The position numbers and the translations under genes are program-made. This document shows positions 1 to 9,589 of a stretch of DNA of 64,000 nt, piece after piece. The notes beneath the pieces are model-generated. The model was given only the letters and a program-made list of their open reading frames with translations, had not been told where the DNA came from and did not search any database. Location: positions 141,704-205,703 of IMG/VR virus record IMGVR_UViG_3300025707_000003; one strand, given 5' to 3'. The stretch's first letter is position 1. Each line of letters begins with the position of its first letter. Source of the stretch: a virus (lineage: Duplodnaviria; Caudoviricetes).

Positions 1-1
1 G

Positions 2-190
2 GGTCAAGGTCTTGATGGCTTCCGAAAGTTGCTTCCCGATAGTTGGCTAGATTCCATGTTCAATCAAGTTCGTGGTTACCTCACCTCTAAGAAAAACGAA
101 GAAGAACCCGAAATGAAGGAAGAGGTATCTAGCAATCTCGGTGAGGATGGTCAAAAAGCTATGGACGAACTTGACGATCTCTTTAAGTAG
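2..190 (+). CDS. Partial CDS (5' truncated), possible RecA/UvsX-like C-terminus
   Basis: Frame 2 is open from the edge to TAG at 188-190: GQGLDGFRKLLPDSWLDSMFNQVRGYL...DELDDLFK. It resembles the RecA C-terminal GQG...VRELL segment plus an acidic tail and sits next to recombination genes. Confidence 0.4.
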   Translation, partial: GQGLDGFRKLLPDSWLDSMFNQVRGYLTSKKNEEEPEMKEEVSSNLGEDGQKAMDELDDLFK

Positions 191-192
191 CC

Positions 193-1080
193 TTAACCGT
201 TCGCTTCGAGTACAGTTAAAAGTCCAGAAGTAGTTTTGACTTTATTGATCTTCATTAGGTATTTCACCTCTAGTACTAAAATTACAGCGAAAACGGATGA
301 AATCCCTACTGAAGCGATAAGTTTAACTAAAGCTCCATTGGCAGGGGGAGGTAGGATTAGCTCTAAGATAATCTCGATACCTTCTCCTGGCAACATAGCC
401 ACTAAGTTGCTAAATGAAATTGTACCTAAAAGCCCTGCTACGACAGCTTTAAAATCAAAGTCTGCAAACCAATCCCAGATTTGGAAAAAGAGATAAATCT
501 TGATGGGTGCAGAAAGAGCTTTAAGGGTTCTTGAAGTTCCAAGAACACCATCAAGGAACTCACCTAGTTTGGTTGTACCTTGTTCTATTTTTGCTAGTGC
601 AGACTTTACAGAGTCTGGAACATAACTCTTATACTTGTTTATTAAATCTTCCCATCGGTTCTGTTCTTCTAACACCTCTCCAAGAAGACGAAGCAAAGGT
701 AGCTCTTTTAATATCTTTGTGGATAAACTACTGAGCTTTTTCTTACCCTCTTCAAGAAGGTCACCTAGCTTTTTGTCGATTTGTTTAATCATGGAAAACA
801 CATTTGTGGCTGTGACCCCTAACATAGATTTAAACTTTTGCCATGCTTGAGGTGCTTTCTTAAACAAAGTAATCAGTTTCTTCACCTTCTTCACTATCTT
901 CATAAATGCTTTTCTTTGAGTGAAGTCTTGGCGACTGTTCGCAGTTAAGTGTTTAGCAATAACTTGTATTGCTTCAATGGAAAGATCCGAAGAGGTTGCC
1001 CTCTTCAAGTTCGGACTTTGATCGTAGGCGACTTGACAAGCAATTCTAACCATATGTTGTTGTACTATTCTATCTAACAT
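193..1080 (-). CDS. Hypothetical protein with hydrophobic C-terminal helices and RIA-type N-terminal leader
   Basis: 295-aa ORF, antisense to its neighbours. N-terminus MLDRIVQQHMVRIAC...NLKRA; C-terminal hydrophobic stretches. Confidence 0.75.
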   Translation of the reverse strand: MLDRIVQQHMVRIACQVAYDQSPNLKRATSSDLSIEAIQVIAKHLTANSRQDFTQRKAFMKIVKKVKKLITLFKKAPQAWQKFKSMLGVTATNVFSMIKQIDKKLGDLLEEGKKKLSSLSTKILKELPLLRLLGEVLEEQNRWEDLINKYKSYVPDSVKSALAKIEQGTTKLGEFLDGVLGTSRTLKALSAPIKIYLFFQIWDWFADFDFKAVVAGLLGTISFSNLVAMLPGEGIEIILELILPPPANGALVKLIASVGISSVFAVILVLEVKYLMKINKVKTTSGLLTVLEANG

Positions 1081-1183
1081 TTTTTATCCTTAATGCTCAG
1101 TGTCTATTTATTGGGGGGTTATAAAAAGTCTACAAACATATAAGTAGAGGGGTCGTCAACTTTAAGCATTAAGGAGGTACAAT

Positions 1184-2158
1184 ATGGGTGAACCGAACAC
1201 CGAAGTATTGGACGATCCCATGAGAAACATATACTGGTCGCACTTAAAAATGATGAGAGCTTGCCCTCAACAATACCTATGGCATAAAGGGCATCCAGAT
1301 CACGATCTTGGAGCAGGGAAAGGTAAAAGAAAACCCTTACCCGATGAGTCAAAGGACTCTGAACACCATCAACTTATGGGTACTGTGTTATCCACTGTGG
1401 TTGAAGAAGTCTACGATCATGAACTGTATCGAGATCCTAAAACGATACAGACAAAGATTAAGGACATTGTAGACCAAGCGTTTACCAAAGCAGAGCAACG
1501 CCATTATGTAATCTGGTCATATATGACTAGAGAAGAAGCGATGGACATCTGCCAAAGAGGTGCTCAGAACTTTCTTGAGATTTTGAAAGAGCATAGATTT
1601 CTCGGTCCTTACGCTAAGTCCGAGTTGCGTATGACCCCTGCGATGAACAAATACTTTAATGTCTGTGGTATTGCCGACCTCGTATATAGAGATAAAGAAG
1701 GCAAAGTTCATCTTCTTGACGGGAAGAACGCTTCCACTCCGATGAAATATGAGGATGAAGATCAGTTAAGATGGTATGCTCTCTGTTTTAGATTACAGTA
1801 TGGGAAAGTACCCGACAGGTTAGGGTTCTTTTATTTTAGGTATCCTAGATCAAACCCCCCTGAAAAACACTTTGCAGATAAAGACGCAGAATGGACTGGG
1901 TTCGTGGAAGTGAAGATCACCGAAGATGATATAAGAAGATTAGGGAAAGAAGCGATAGAGACTAATCGTGCTATCCATAGAGGTGTCTTTGAGCCTAACC
2001 CTATTCCGAAGCATTGTACTTGGTGTAAGTTCGAGAACATTTGTGAACCTAGACAAGCACAGAAGAAGCGTAATGCGGCGAAGCGTGGTATGGGTAAAAC
2101 AAAAACACCCGACCCAACGGAACAAGGTGGTGGGGTTATCAACCTTGATATGAAATGA
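1184..2158 (+). CDS. PD-(D/E)XK nuclease, Cas4/RecB/AddB-like, with 4-Cys Fe-S cluster
   Basis: WSHLKMMRACP (Cys1), GIADLV, LLDGKNAS, QLRWYAL, C-terminal CTWCKFENIC; RBS AAGGAGG upstream. Confidence 0.85.
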   Translation: MGEPNTEVLDDPMRNIYWSHLKMMRACPQQYLWHKGHPDHDLGAGKGKRKPLPDESKDSEHHQLMGTVLSTVVEEVYDHELYRDPKTIQTKIKDIVDQAFTKAEQRHYVIWSYMTREEAMDICQRGAQNFLEILKEHRFLGPYAKSELRMTPAMNKYFNVCGIADLVYRDKEGKVHLLDGKNASTPMKYEDEDQLRWYALCFRLQYGKVPDRLGFFYFRYPRSNPPEKHFADKDAEWTGFVEVKITEDDIRRLGKEAIETNRAIHRGVFEPNPIPKHCTWCKFENICEPRQAQKKRNAAKRGMGKTKTPDPTEQGGGVINLDMK

Positions 2159-2206
2159 ATCATATAAAAGAGGTATCACAAACACACCACTCAAAGGAGA
2201 GTTCAA

Positions 2207-2470
2207 ATGGATCTTGAACAACTGGTTAATAAAAAAATCGACATTGAAAGACGAAGGGAGCGTTTGCTAGGTAAACTAGAAGTCGCTAAGTCAAGTCTTT
2301 TAGAGCTTGATAAGAGGTTAGTCGAAAGGGGTATTAACCCCGACACTCTTGAAGAAGAAATAAATCGCCTTAAAGCTGAAAGGCAAGAGGCAATCACTAA
2401 ACTTAATGAAGCTCTGTTGGATGCAGAGCAAGTCATCACACGCATTGAAAGTCGAGTAGACGGTATATGA
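2207..2470 (+). CDS. Small coiled-coil protein
   Basis: 87-aa heptad-rich ORF, RBS AAAGGAG, ATGA coupling to the next gene. Confidence 0.75.
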   Translation: MDLEQLVNKKIDIERRRERLLGKLEVAKSSLLELDKRLVERGINPDTLEEEINRLKAERQEAITKLNEALLDAEQVITRIESRVDGI

Positions 2471-3672
2471 AAATCACAGTATCAGCACAAGATTTAAAGG
2501 AAACTCTCTCAATCGCCCAAAACACATTGGGTGCAAACCAAGACATCACCTCACACTTTATCTTCACCATTGAGAATGCTGGAGTGAGCGTTATGGCTTG
2601 TTCTCCCCCTCGTCAGTTTTCAAAGATCCCTGTCATCGGTGCTACTGTTCAAGACGGAGGTTCTTTTTCTATTGAGGGGAAGCGTTTAATCTCAGCAACT
2701 AATGTTATGACAGGTGTTGTAGAGATTGAGTATAATGAGGAGGATAAAGAAGTTTCGTTAAAAGGTAGTGAGGGAGAAGCAACTACAATCTCGCTCGACC
2801 CAGAGTCCTTTCCCCCTTGGGTTGAAAAGTTCGGTCAAGCAACTAAAGTAGGAGAGATTTCTGCTTCCATTCTATATGATACGCTCAATACCAATAGACA
2901 GTATGTATCACAAGATGATAGTCGTAGACCAGAGCTTGCTATGATCTTGATTGAAGACGGAAAAGCCATTGCCTGTGATGGATTCATGCTTAATATGTCT
3001 CGACATGATGATCTTCAAGGAATGAATGTGAAGGTTCACTATAAGGACATTACACCATTGATGAAGTTCCTCAAGGCGTATGATGGAGGTATGATTGAGG
3101 TTCTTAGTGGAGGACAAGCTACCTTCTTTAAGGCTGAGGACAGTGCTTTATTTGCTGTGATGGACTTGCCATATACTTACCCTCCCATCACACAGCAATA
3201 TGCTGATGCCTTTAACTGGACTCCTCGTAGGGTTTGGATGTTGTCTAAGGAAAACTTTATGAATGGTCTTACCTTCTTATCAGCCTTTGCTGATAAGACT
3301 AACTTTAAGGTTTCTTTTAAAGACCCAGAAGATGAGGCTTTATTACCTCCAAGTCTTGAGATGAAGTCGTCTAATAGTAAGACTATTTCGTACAATCTTG
3401 AAGTGCCTCTTTTTGAGGACGCTGAGAAGCCACTAGAAGAGATCACAGACCTCTCTCACTTGATGTATGCTACTCGCCTTAAAGAAAAAGGTAAAGGTGA
3501 TGACATCGCCACTTTCGATTTTAACTATCTTTCGGTCAAAAAAGCAGTGGAAATATATAATGATAACATCGTCTTTGGATGTTCTCAAGAGGGCAATAAA
3601 GGTTATATGCTCTTTAAGTCAGACCAAGACTCTGGTGTACAGACTGTTTCTATTATAGGTTGGATGCTTTAA
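2467..3672 (+). CDS. DNA polymerase III beta-clamp-like processivity factor
   Basis: MKITVSAQDLKETLSIAQ N-terminus, ...LDPESFPP..., RPELAMILIE...IACDGFML match DnaN-like patterns; 401 aa. Confidence 0.7.
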   Translation: MKITVSAQDLKETLSIAQNTLGANQDITSHFIFTIENAGVSVMACSPPRQFSKIPVIGATVQDGGSFSIEGKRLISATNVMTGVVEIEYNEEDKEVSLKGSEGEATTISLDPESFPPWVEKFGQATKVGEISASILYDTLNTNRQYVSQDDSRRPELAMILIEDGKAIACDGFMLNMSRHDDLQGMNVKVHYKDITPLMKFLKAYDGGMIEVLSGGQATFFKAEDSALFAVMDLPYTYPPITQQYADAFNWTPRRVWMLSKENFMNGLTFLSAFADKTNFKVSFKDPEDEALLPPSLEMKSSNSKTISYNLEVPLFEDAEKPLEEITDLSHLMYATRLKEKGKGDDIATFDFNYLSVKKAVEIYNDNIVFGCSQEGNKGYMLFKSDQDSGVQTVSIIGWML

Positions 3673-3673
3673 T

Positions 3674-4294
3674 GTGATGAATGATCTTGCTTCTCGATTT
3701 TACCGATTAAAGGCTCTCAAAGAATCGTGTGAGAAACGCATAGACGATCTTGAAAATGAGATCGCTTTCCTTGAGCTTGATAAGGATAAAAAGACAGAAG
3801 CAGGAGTCATTCTCGACACTCTCGCTCAAGATGAAGTAGAGCGTGGTGTCTCGACCTATATATCCCTCTTGGAAGAGGGGTTAAAGGCGATATTCCCCGA
3901 ACAAGAGGTAGGGCTAACAGCCGAGATCTCAAAGGTGCGAGGGAAGGTAGCTGTTAACCTCAAGACTACCTTTAAGGGTCAAGATGGGCTTGAGATAGTA
4001 GGGGCTGGTTTAGATGCGTTTGGCGGAGCAGTGACCACTATCCAAAGCCTGTTGTTAAGAATCTCTCTTATCCTTAAAAGAAATCTTAGACCAATACTTA
4101 TTCTTGATGAGACATTTCCTGCTGTGGATGAAAATCGAGTAGAGATCTTAGTCGAGTTTCTAAAAATCCTGTGTCAACGATTGGATATGGATATATTGTG
4201 TATCACACATGACGCAACCATAGCTGATAACTGTGATATAGGATATAAAATATCCCCTAGTAAAAATGGTGCTACCTTAAAGAGAATCAAGTAA
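3674..4294 (+). CDS. C-terminal half of an SbcC/Rad50-like ABC ATPase
   Basis: Coiled coil, then signature-like DAFGGA, Walker B/D-loop ILILDETFPAVD and H-loop ILCITHD; no Walker A in the ORF. Confidence 0.8.
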   Translation: MMNDLASRFYRLKALKESCEKRIDDLENEIAFLELDKDKKTEAGVILDTLAQDEVERGVSTYISLLEEGLKAIFPEQEVGLTAEISKVRGKVAVNLKTTFKGQDGLEIVGAGLDAFGGAVTTIQSLLLRISLILKRNLRPILILDETFPAVDENRVEILVEFLKILCQRLDMDILCITHDATIADNCDIGYKISPSKNGATLKRIK

Positions 4295-4695
4295 TGAAAA
4301 AACAAGGATCTATAAGACATAAACTCAAGCAAGTTAAACATCGACTGCTTAAGAAAGCCATACGCAACGGTATGTCGAAGAAGCCTTGTAACTGCACTCA
4401 CTCTGGTCAAGTCAAAGGCAACGCTAACGATCCCCTTTTTTATGTCTGCCTACTAGATGCAGATAAACCTAAAGAGTGGGACGGGGTGATATGTGATCCC
4501 TCTGTTCCAAACACCTGTCCTTTTTTTAAATCAGAAAAAACAGAACAAGAAATCAAAGAAGATTTCGAGTTAGGGTTTGATAATCTCATCAATGAAGGAG
4601 ACATGGGTAATATAGCTAGTAAGTATCCCGATGTAGCCGCACTGTTATGGGTACTTGCAGAGAGCACCGATGAAACTGAGGATGGAAATGATTGA
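4294..4695 (+). CDS. Hypothetical Cys-rich protein
   Basis: 133 aa, CNCTH...C...C...CP, coupled to the previous stop. Confidence 0.7.
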   Translation: MKKQGSIRHKLKQVKHRLLKKAIRNGMSKKPCNCTHSGQVKGNANDPLFYVCLLDADKPKEWDGVICDPSVPNTCPFFKSEKTEQEIKEDFELGFDNLINEGDMGNIASKYPDVAALLWVLAESTDETEDGND

Positions 4696-5122
4696 AATAG
4701 TAGAACTAAAAGTGAAGGACAAAACACCCTTATTCTTAGAAGTAGATGTACCTCCTAAGTGTATGCCCTTACTCGTAGGTGACCCTAAAGGTGAAACCTT
4801 ACTTAAATGGGTAGAGAAACCATCTAATAGAGAGTCTGTACTTACATGGGGCATAGAAGCCTCTGTAAAGGAAGTTATAGAAGCTATGCTAGGGATTGCA
4901 CTAGATCGTAGTGAAAAAGAGCTGTGGGGCATAAAACAAGGCTCATTCACCGATGCTGAACAAAGGTTGAATGAGCTAGGTATAGATGAGGTGATTACCA
5001 CTGATAATGTGGTTCACCCTAAAGACCCCTCTATGTTGGGAACTGTCATTGTAGCAGGAGGGAAATGCTTCCCCGTCATCCACAATGTGAGTCGAGGAAT
5101 CTGTGTCTTAGACAAGGATTAG
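4688..5122 (+). CDS. Hypothetical protein
   Basis: Track ORF 4655..5122; ATG 4688 follows GAGGA and overlaps the previous stop. Confidence 0.7.
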   Translation: MIEIVELKVKDKTPLFLEVDVPPKCMPLLVGDPKGETLLKWVEKPSNRESVLTWGIEASVKEVIEAMLGIALDRSEKELWGIKQGSFTDAEQRLNELGIDEVITTDNVVHPKDPSMLGTVIVAGGKCFPVIHNVSRGICVLDKD

Positions 5123-5145
5123 GTTTTAGTACAGACGAATTGTAG

Positions 5146-5745
5146 TCACCCTCGGAACCTTTTGAACTCTTTAAGGAGTTTATTGAGTTTTCGAGTGAGT
5201 AAGTCAACATCTTCAGAAACACTCCCTGTAGATTTGACTTCAAACCCAACGCTCTTGGCAAAGTCCCAGAAACTATCAGGGATCTCACCACTGTCACCTT
5301 CGTCCTCAATACTAAGAGTCCATTTACCCGCATAAAAAGATAGGGTGATAAAAATAAATTTAGCGACCTCGTTGTCTACAAGAATCATTGCATAAGAATC
5401 GAAAGATTCGATAACATCTACAGTGTTCTCACCAAATACATCTTGAAGTTTTAGGAGGATGGACTCTGCTGAGAAAGGGGTTGGGATCATTTCAGCGGGT
5501 ATGATGCCACTGATCTGTCCCTTAAACTCAACTTCATCCGAGTCTGCATTCGCTTCGGTTATGTTCCAGCTCACATTTTGAAAAAGCTCTCCAAGTTCAT
5601 TTTGAAGTTTAATAGCTATTTCTCTAGGTGAGTCACTCTCATCAAACGAAAAGTTATCCATCAGATCGGTTATACTCGCTGACTTCTCAAGTCGTGCGAT
5701 ACGACTCTCAAGGTCATTAATAATTTCACTAGCTGATCTTCTCAT
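5146..5745 (-). CDS. MRRSASE-leader family protein (member A), acidic
   Basis: N-terminus MRRSASEIINDLESRIARLEKSA, shared with three genes at 45.9-49.0 kb; RBS GGAG. Confidence 0.85.
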   Translation of the reverse strand: MRRSASEIINDLESRIARLEKSASITDLMDNFSFDESDSPREIAIKLQNELGELFQNVSWNITEANADSDEVEFKGQISGIIPAEMIPTPFSAESILLKLQDVFGENTVDVIESFDSYAMILVDNEVAKFIFITLSFYAGKWTLSIEDEGDSGEIPDSFWDFAKSVGFEVKSTGSVSEDVDLLTRKLNKLLKEFKRFRG

Positions 5746-5806
5746 AAGGGTTCTCCATTTTGTTTAAGGTTAAAGAGATCACTTATGAGAAGATATAAAA
5801 GAACTA

Positions 5807-6724
5807 TTAAAAGTCGTAAGCTCTACGACCTCTAAAAGCATTTTCGTCTTCAAGAGATTCCTCAATTTCACCATAGTTCTCTTCATACCAATCAAGGTGT
5901 CCAGGTTCATCTACTTTAGACTTCTTGAAGTACGCAAGAACGATAGGCATAATGATCTCTAGGAGAGGTATAGAAGCAAGACCCCACCATGCAGGGTTCC
6001 CAGTTATGCTTACCATTGTTGCAGGAAGAACATAATGTTCGAGTGTTTCTACAATAGCCATTGCGATTGCTAGTAGGACAACCTTAAAGAAACGCTTAGA
6101 CCATTTTTTATACCAAATCTCATCTGCGTGTGGATCCCAACCCTTTGACTTGACGATATGGTAAGCGTGTTTGATGATCTCAATAGGGTTGATGACATTA
6201 AGAGCTTTCTTTAATGCTCTCTCAACAACCTTTTTGTCATGCTCTTGTGCCGCTTCTTGAATGATACGCTTTTTTACTTCGTTAGGTATTGGGCCATCAT
6301 TGGTGTCACCCCAAGTATAACCCTCGTAAAACTCTGGTGACTTGCCTCTCGGAGAGAACCAAGATTGACCATGTTCTCTCTCGCTTTGCCTAAGTTTAGC
6401 ACCTGTTTCAAATTCCTCAAAGTCAGCGTCTACTTCAGATTCCATCAGAGCTTCTGCATATTCTGGAGCGATTGCTTCGATAACATCATCCATGAGATCA
6501 TCAACAGGCATAGAGAAAAGGTTAAGATGCCTACGATACTTATCAAGTGGTTCTGCGACATACTTGAGGAAAAGACCTTTTAATGAGTCTGTCATTCCTG
6601 CTTGATATTCCATAGCCGCAACTTTAAGCTCAAGTCCTGCGATACGCTCCATTGTAGCTTGACGATTCATTGATGCTTGCCGATAAGAGCGTCTTGCTCT
6701 ACGATAACTGTTATCATGTCTCAT
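5807..6724 (-). CDS. Membrane-helix protein with Arg/Ala-rich leader
   Basis: 305 aa, RRARRSYRQA...MERIAGLELKVAAMEYQA, two hydrophobic segments; RBS AAAGGAG. Confidence 0.8.
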   Translation of the reverse strand: MRHDNSYRRARRSYRQASMNRQATMERIAGLELKVAAMEYQAGMTDSLKGLFLKYVAEPLDKYRRHLNLFSMPVDDLMDDVIEAIAPEYAEALMESEVDADFEEFETGAKLRQSEREHGQSWFSPRGKSPEFYEGYTWGDTNDGPIPNEVKKRIIQEAAQEHDKKVVERALKKALNVINPIEIIKHAYHIVKSKGWDPHADEIWYKKWSKRFFKVVLLAIAMAIVETLEHYVLPATMVSITGNPAWWGLASIPLLEIIMPIVLAYFKKSKVDEPGHLDWYEENYGEIEESLEDENAFRGRRAYDF

Positions 6725-6770
6725 GGTGGGTTCTCTCCTTTAAAGGGGTATCATATAACGATATCTAAAG

Positions 6771-7442
6771 ATGATTATAAAGGAACTACAAATGATTTTA
6801 GGACTCGACCCCTCACTCAGAAACTTCGGTTGGACTCTCATTCGTGATGACGGACACTTCTTGGATAAAGGCACAATGAAAACCGATGCCAAAACCATGT
6901 TCGTTGAACGCTACATCACCCTGCGAGAAGGTCTAAGAGAAATCGTACAACAAGTCAGAGCAGACCACCCAGAGGAGACTTTAAGGGTAGGTATAGAGTC
7001 CCCCATATTTAATGACCTTTTCTCAGAGGGGATGTATGGTCTATTCCTATATAGCAATGAAGCACTCATGCTTGAGAAATGCGATACGGTTTATTTGTCC
7101 CCTAATCAAGTAAAAGCCCATGCGGCCGCTTTCCTCAATAGACCCAAAGGTTGGAAGATGGGTAAAGGTGATATGGTAGATGCGGCTAAACAAGCTACCG
7201 ATGGTCAAGGGGCTAAGAGATGGAATAATCACCAAGCAGATGCCTTCTGGGTAGCTAAAGCCAGTAGCAGGTTTTGGCTCTTGGTCGAAGAAGAAATCAC
7301 CGTTGATGATCTCTCGGACTTAGAGCGTAAACACTTTACCTCTTTTGAACGCTATGTGCGTGGAAAGAAAGCTGGTAAAGTGAAGCGTAAAGGGATCACA
7401 CATAAAGAAGATGATCGCTTCTTTAGATGGTCGGAGACTTAA
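6771..7442 (+). CDS. ruvC: RuvC-like Holliday junction resolvase
   Basis: ILGLDPSLRNFGW (Asp1), VGIESP (Glu), HQADAFWVA (Asp). Confidence 0.8.
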   Translation: MIIKELQMILGLDPSLRNFGWTLIRDDGHFLDKGTMKTDAKTMFVERYITLREGLREIVQQVRADHPEETLRVGIESPIFNDLFSEGMYGLFLYSNEALMLEKCDTVYLSPNQVKAHAAAFLNRPKGWKMGKGDMVDAAKQATDGQGAKRWNNHQADAFWVAKASSRFWLLVEEEITVDDLSDLERKHFTSFERYVRGKKAGKVKRKGITHKEDDRFFRWSET

Positions 7443-7756
7443 CCCTCGTCAGCATCTGCTTCTTCATTGAGGATCGCTACCACTGTTCCATCCTCTTGAA
7501 TCTGCCAAGGTGAACCTTCTGAAATACCAAGACGATCTCTTGCTCCAGAGACTACCTCCTGTGCCTGTGCTTCATTACGCTCTATCTGAAATGCAATACG
7601 AGTCTTACGAAGCTCTAACTGACCAAGCTGATTCAATAACTGATTAGCGTTCTGTCGTAGTTGTGAGATGGTAGACATCTCCTCCTCTGTGAGTGACCCC
7701 ACTTCTACAGGTTGGTTGGTGATTGCTGGCTCTTGGTTTACATTCTCTTCTGACAT
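7439..7756 (-). CDS. Small coiled-coil protein
   Basis: 105 aa, heptad-rich, RBS GGAG upstream. Confidence 0.7.
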   Translation of the reverse strand: MSEENVNQEPAITNQPVEVGSLTEEEMSTISQLRQNANQLLNQLGQLELRKTRIAFQIERNEAQAQEVVSGARDRLGISEGSPWQIQEDGTVVAILNEEADADEG

Positions 7757-8006
7757 CTTTGTCTCCTGTGCTTTTAAGCATACGGGTGATTTGGCAAGTC
7801 ATGTGAAGTAGATCATCTACTTCACATCTCATATCTGAAATTATATTAGCTTGCTCTACTGCTACACTTTCTATTTGTACCACCCCTTTATCTGTTTCAA
7901 ACACCTTGTCAACACTTTCTTTTGAACTACTGCCCTCTATACTTAGACCACTCACTAAAAAAAAACTAAAAAAAACCACCATTACTAATAAAACTAACTT
8001 CTTCAT
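7644..8006 (-). CDS. Protein with N-terminal signal/TM segment
   Basis: MKKLVLLVMVVFFSFFLVSG; ATGA-type coupling to 8003..8308; 3' end overlaps the next gene by 113 nt. Confidence 0.55.
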   Translation of the reverse strand: MKKLVLLVMVVFFSFFLVSGLSIEGSSSKESVDKVFETDKGVVQIESVAVEQANIISDMRCEVDDLLHMTCQITRMLKSTGDKDVRRECKPRASNHQPTCRSGVTHRGGDVYHLTTTTER

Positions 8007-8308
8007 GGATTCTTACCCTGCTGGCGTAAAACCCATTGATAAATCTCTCGCATCATAGCGTTTTGTTGATTTAAGTCAGCCCTCATCTGCCTCAACTCTT
8101 GGCTGTTAAGTTGGACTTGATTCAAATCCTTCTCAATACGCTCAATCTTACTATCTAACTTCTCCACAACTCTCGCTTGAGACTCCGATTTCTGCTCCAT
8201 TAACTTCAAACTAGTACTCATGTTGAACAAATAAATGATTACAGGTATCAGGAAAACAGATAACACCTTAAAACCCCACTCAAGTGCGTTCTTCATAGAC
8301 TCGGACAT
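8003..8308 (-). CDS. Single-TM coiled-coil membrane protein (holin/spanin-like architecture)
   Basis: TM VLSVFLIPVIIYLF followed by a long coiled coil; RBS AGGAG. Confidence 0.65.
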   Translation of the reverse strand: MSESMKNALEWGFKVLSVFLIPVIIYLFNMSTSLKLMEQKSESQARVVEKLDSKIERIEKDLNQVQLNSQELRQMRADLNQQNAMMREIYQWVLRQQGKNP

Positions 8309-8372
8309 GGCAATATACTCCTAGATTTTTTTTGCTTCTTATTCACCATACTGACGATATATAAAAAAACTA

Positions 8373-8726
8373 TTACTTTGAACCATCCCACACCCTACGA
8401 ATATCCCCCCATATCGTGTCCAAACCTAACCTAAAAATCGTGTCCGTGTCATCGTTGTCCATTCGATTAACTAAACCAACACGATAACAAATTACAGTGT
8501 CCTTGTTCAGATCTACCAGATAAAGCCTAACAACGACTCCCTCTAGTTGTAGATCAGTCACCTTACTCAATGGAGAATATGAGGTATAGTCTTTCTTAAT
8601 AAAACCAGACTCCTCTAACCCTAAGACTAAACTCGTATATCGGTCTTCAATAGAGAGTAAATCAAACTCTAACAAAAAGTTGTGTGACCAGACTCTCTTT
8701 TCGTTTATCTTTTCTGTTATAGACAT
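8373..8726 (-). CDS. ExGF...IRxVW paralog family protein
   Basis: LEESGF...IRRVW, 117 aa. Confidence 0.75.
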   Translation of the reverse strand: MSITEKINEKRVWSHNFLLEFDLLSIEDRYTSLVLGLEESGFIKKDYTSYSPLSKVTDLQLEGVVVRLYLVDLNKDTVICYRVGLVNRMDNDDTDTIFRLGLDTIWGDIRRVWDGSK

Positions 8727-8816
8727 AAGGCATGGTTTAACCCCCTTCGTCTATAACACCCCAAATCATTTAAGAACTACCACACTTCGGAGAACTTACT
8801 CGCATATTTAAGCGTC

Positions 8817-9170
8817 TTAATCTGCCTCCCAAGCATTACGAATCATCTCCCACAAATCACATAACTCATCACTACCCAACTCATAGTGCATAGGGAAGTG
8901 GTACATCACCCCATCTCGGACGACTCGTAAAGCCTCATCGTCCATAAGTACCTCCACAACACGACCCTCTCCGTCCGACAACTCAAACCTCTCGTAAGGT
9001 ATGACCCTTACGAAACCACGACTCTCAAGTACATCACCTAAAAGCCTACGACAAGTTAAATCAATACCGTCTTCCATGATCTGTTGAAACTCGTTCAACA
9101 TCTCAAAACCTCTCTTAGACCAATCCACTTGTCCATCATCATCATGCTTCTTAAGATACTTGTTCATCAT
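8817..9170 (-). CDS. ExGF...IRxVW paralog family protein
   Basis: LESRGF...IRNAW, 117 aa. Confidence 0.75.
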   Translation of the reverse strand: MMNKYLKKHDDDGQVDWSKRGFEMLNEFQQIMEDGIDLTCRRLLGDVLESRGFVRVIPYERFELSDGEGRVVEVLMDDEALRVVRDGVMYHFPMHYELGSDELCDLWEMIRNAWEAD

Positions 9171-9535
9171 CTTTTCAAGCCCCCCTCAACCCAAACATCC
9201 CTTACAGACTGTAAAATCTCCGATACAAAGCCATACATCTCATAGCCTTCTAAGTTGATTTTATGATCCATGAAAAATTCTCCTCGCAGGACCCTCAAGA
9301 CAAATGTCTCTCCTTTACCTTGCATCCAAACTACGCAAAGCGAAGATGGACTCATTGGACTTGTGGATTGGTGAACATACACAAGACTTTGATCTTTCCT
9401 TTTCAGCTCAAAAACAAAACCTAACTCACCAAGCAAGTTCTCATAACTATTGCGTATCTGATCTGCATTAACCCTAGTTCCAATAAAAGAACTATTGGCT
9501 ACCCGAACTCCATTTTCTTTTACTGTTAATAACAT
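9167..9535 (-). CDS. ExGF...IRxVW paralog family protein
   Basis: LGELGF...VRDVW, 122 aa; promoter motif and RBS upstream. Confidence 0.75.
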   Translation of the reverse strand: MLLTVKENGVRVANSSFIGTRVNADQIRNSYENLLGELGFVFELKRKDQSLVYVHQSTSPMSPSSLCVVWMQGKGETFVLRVLRGEFFMDHKINLEGYEMYGFVSEILQSVRDVWVEGGLKR

Positions 9536-9540
9536 ATGGA

Positions 9541-9571
9541 TCTCCTTTCAAGAGATTATAAATAAGGGGTT
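9541..9571 (-). promoter_or_regulatory. Promoter-RBS cassette (AACCCCTTATTTATAATCTCTTGAAAGGAGA)
   Basis: 31 nt identical to 10151-10181; directly upstream of 9167..9535. Confidence 0.75.
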
Positions 9572-9589
9572 GTTCCATAGGAGACTTAA

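Noticed and set aside
1184-2158. CRISPR-Cas adaptation module suggested by the Cas4-like gene
   Set aside because: No cas1/cas2 or repeat-spacer array seen. The context is recombination genes, typical of solo phage Cas4-like nucleases.
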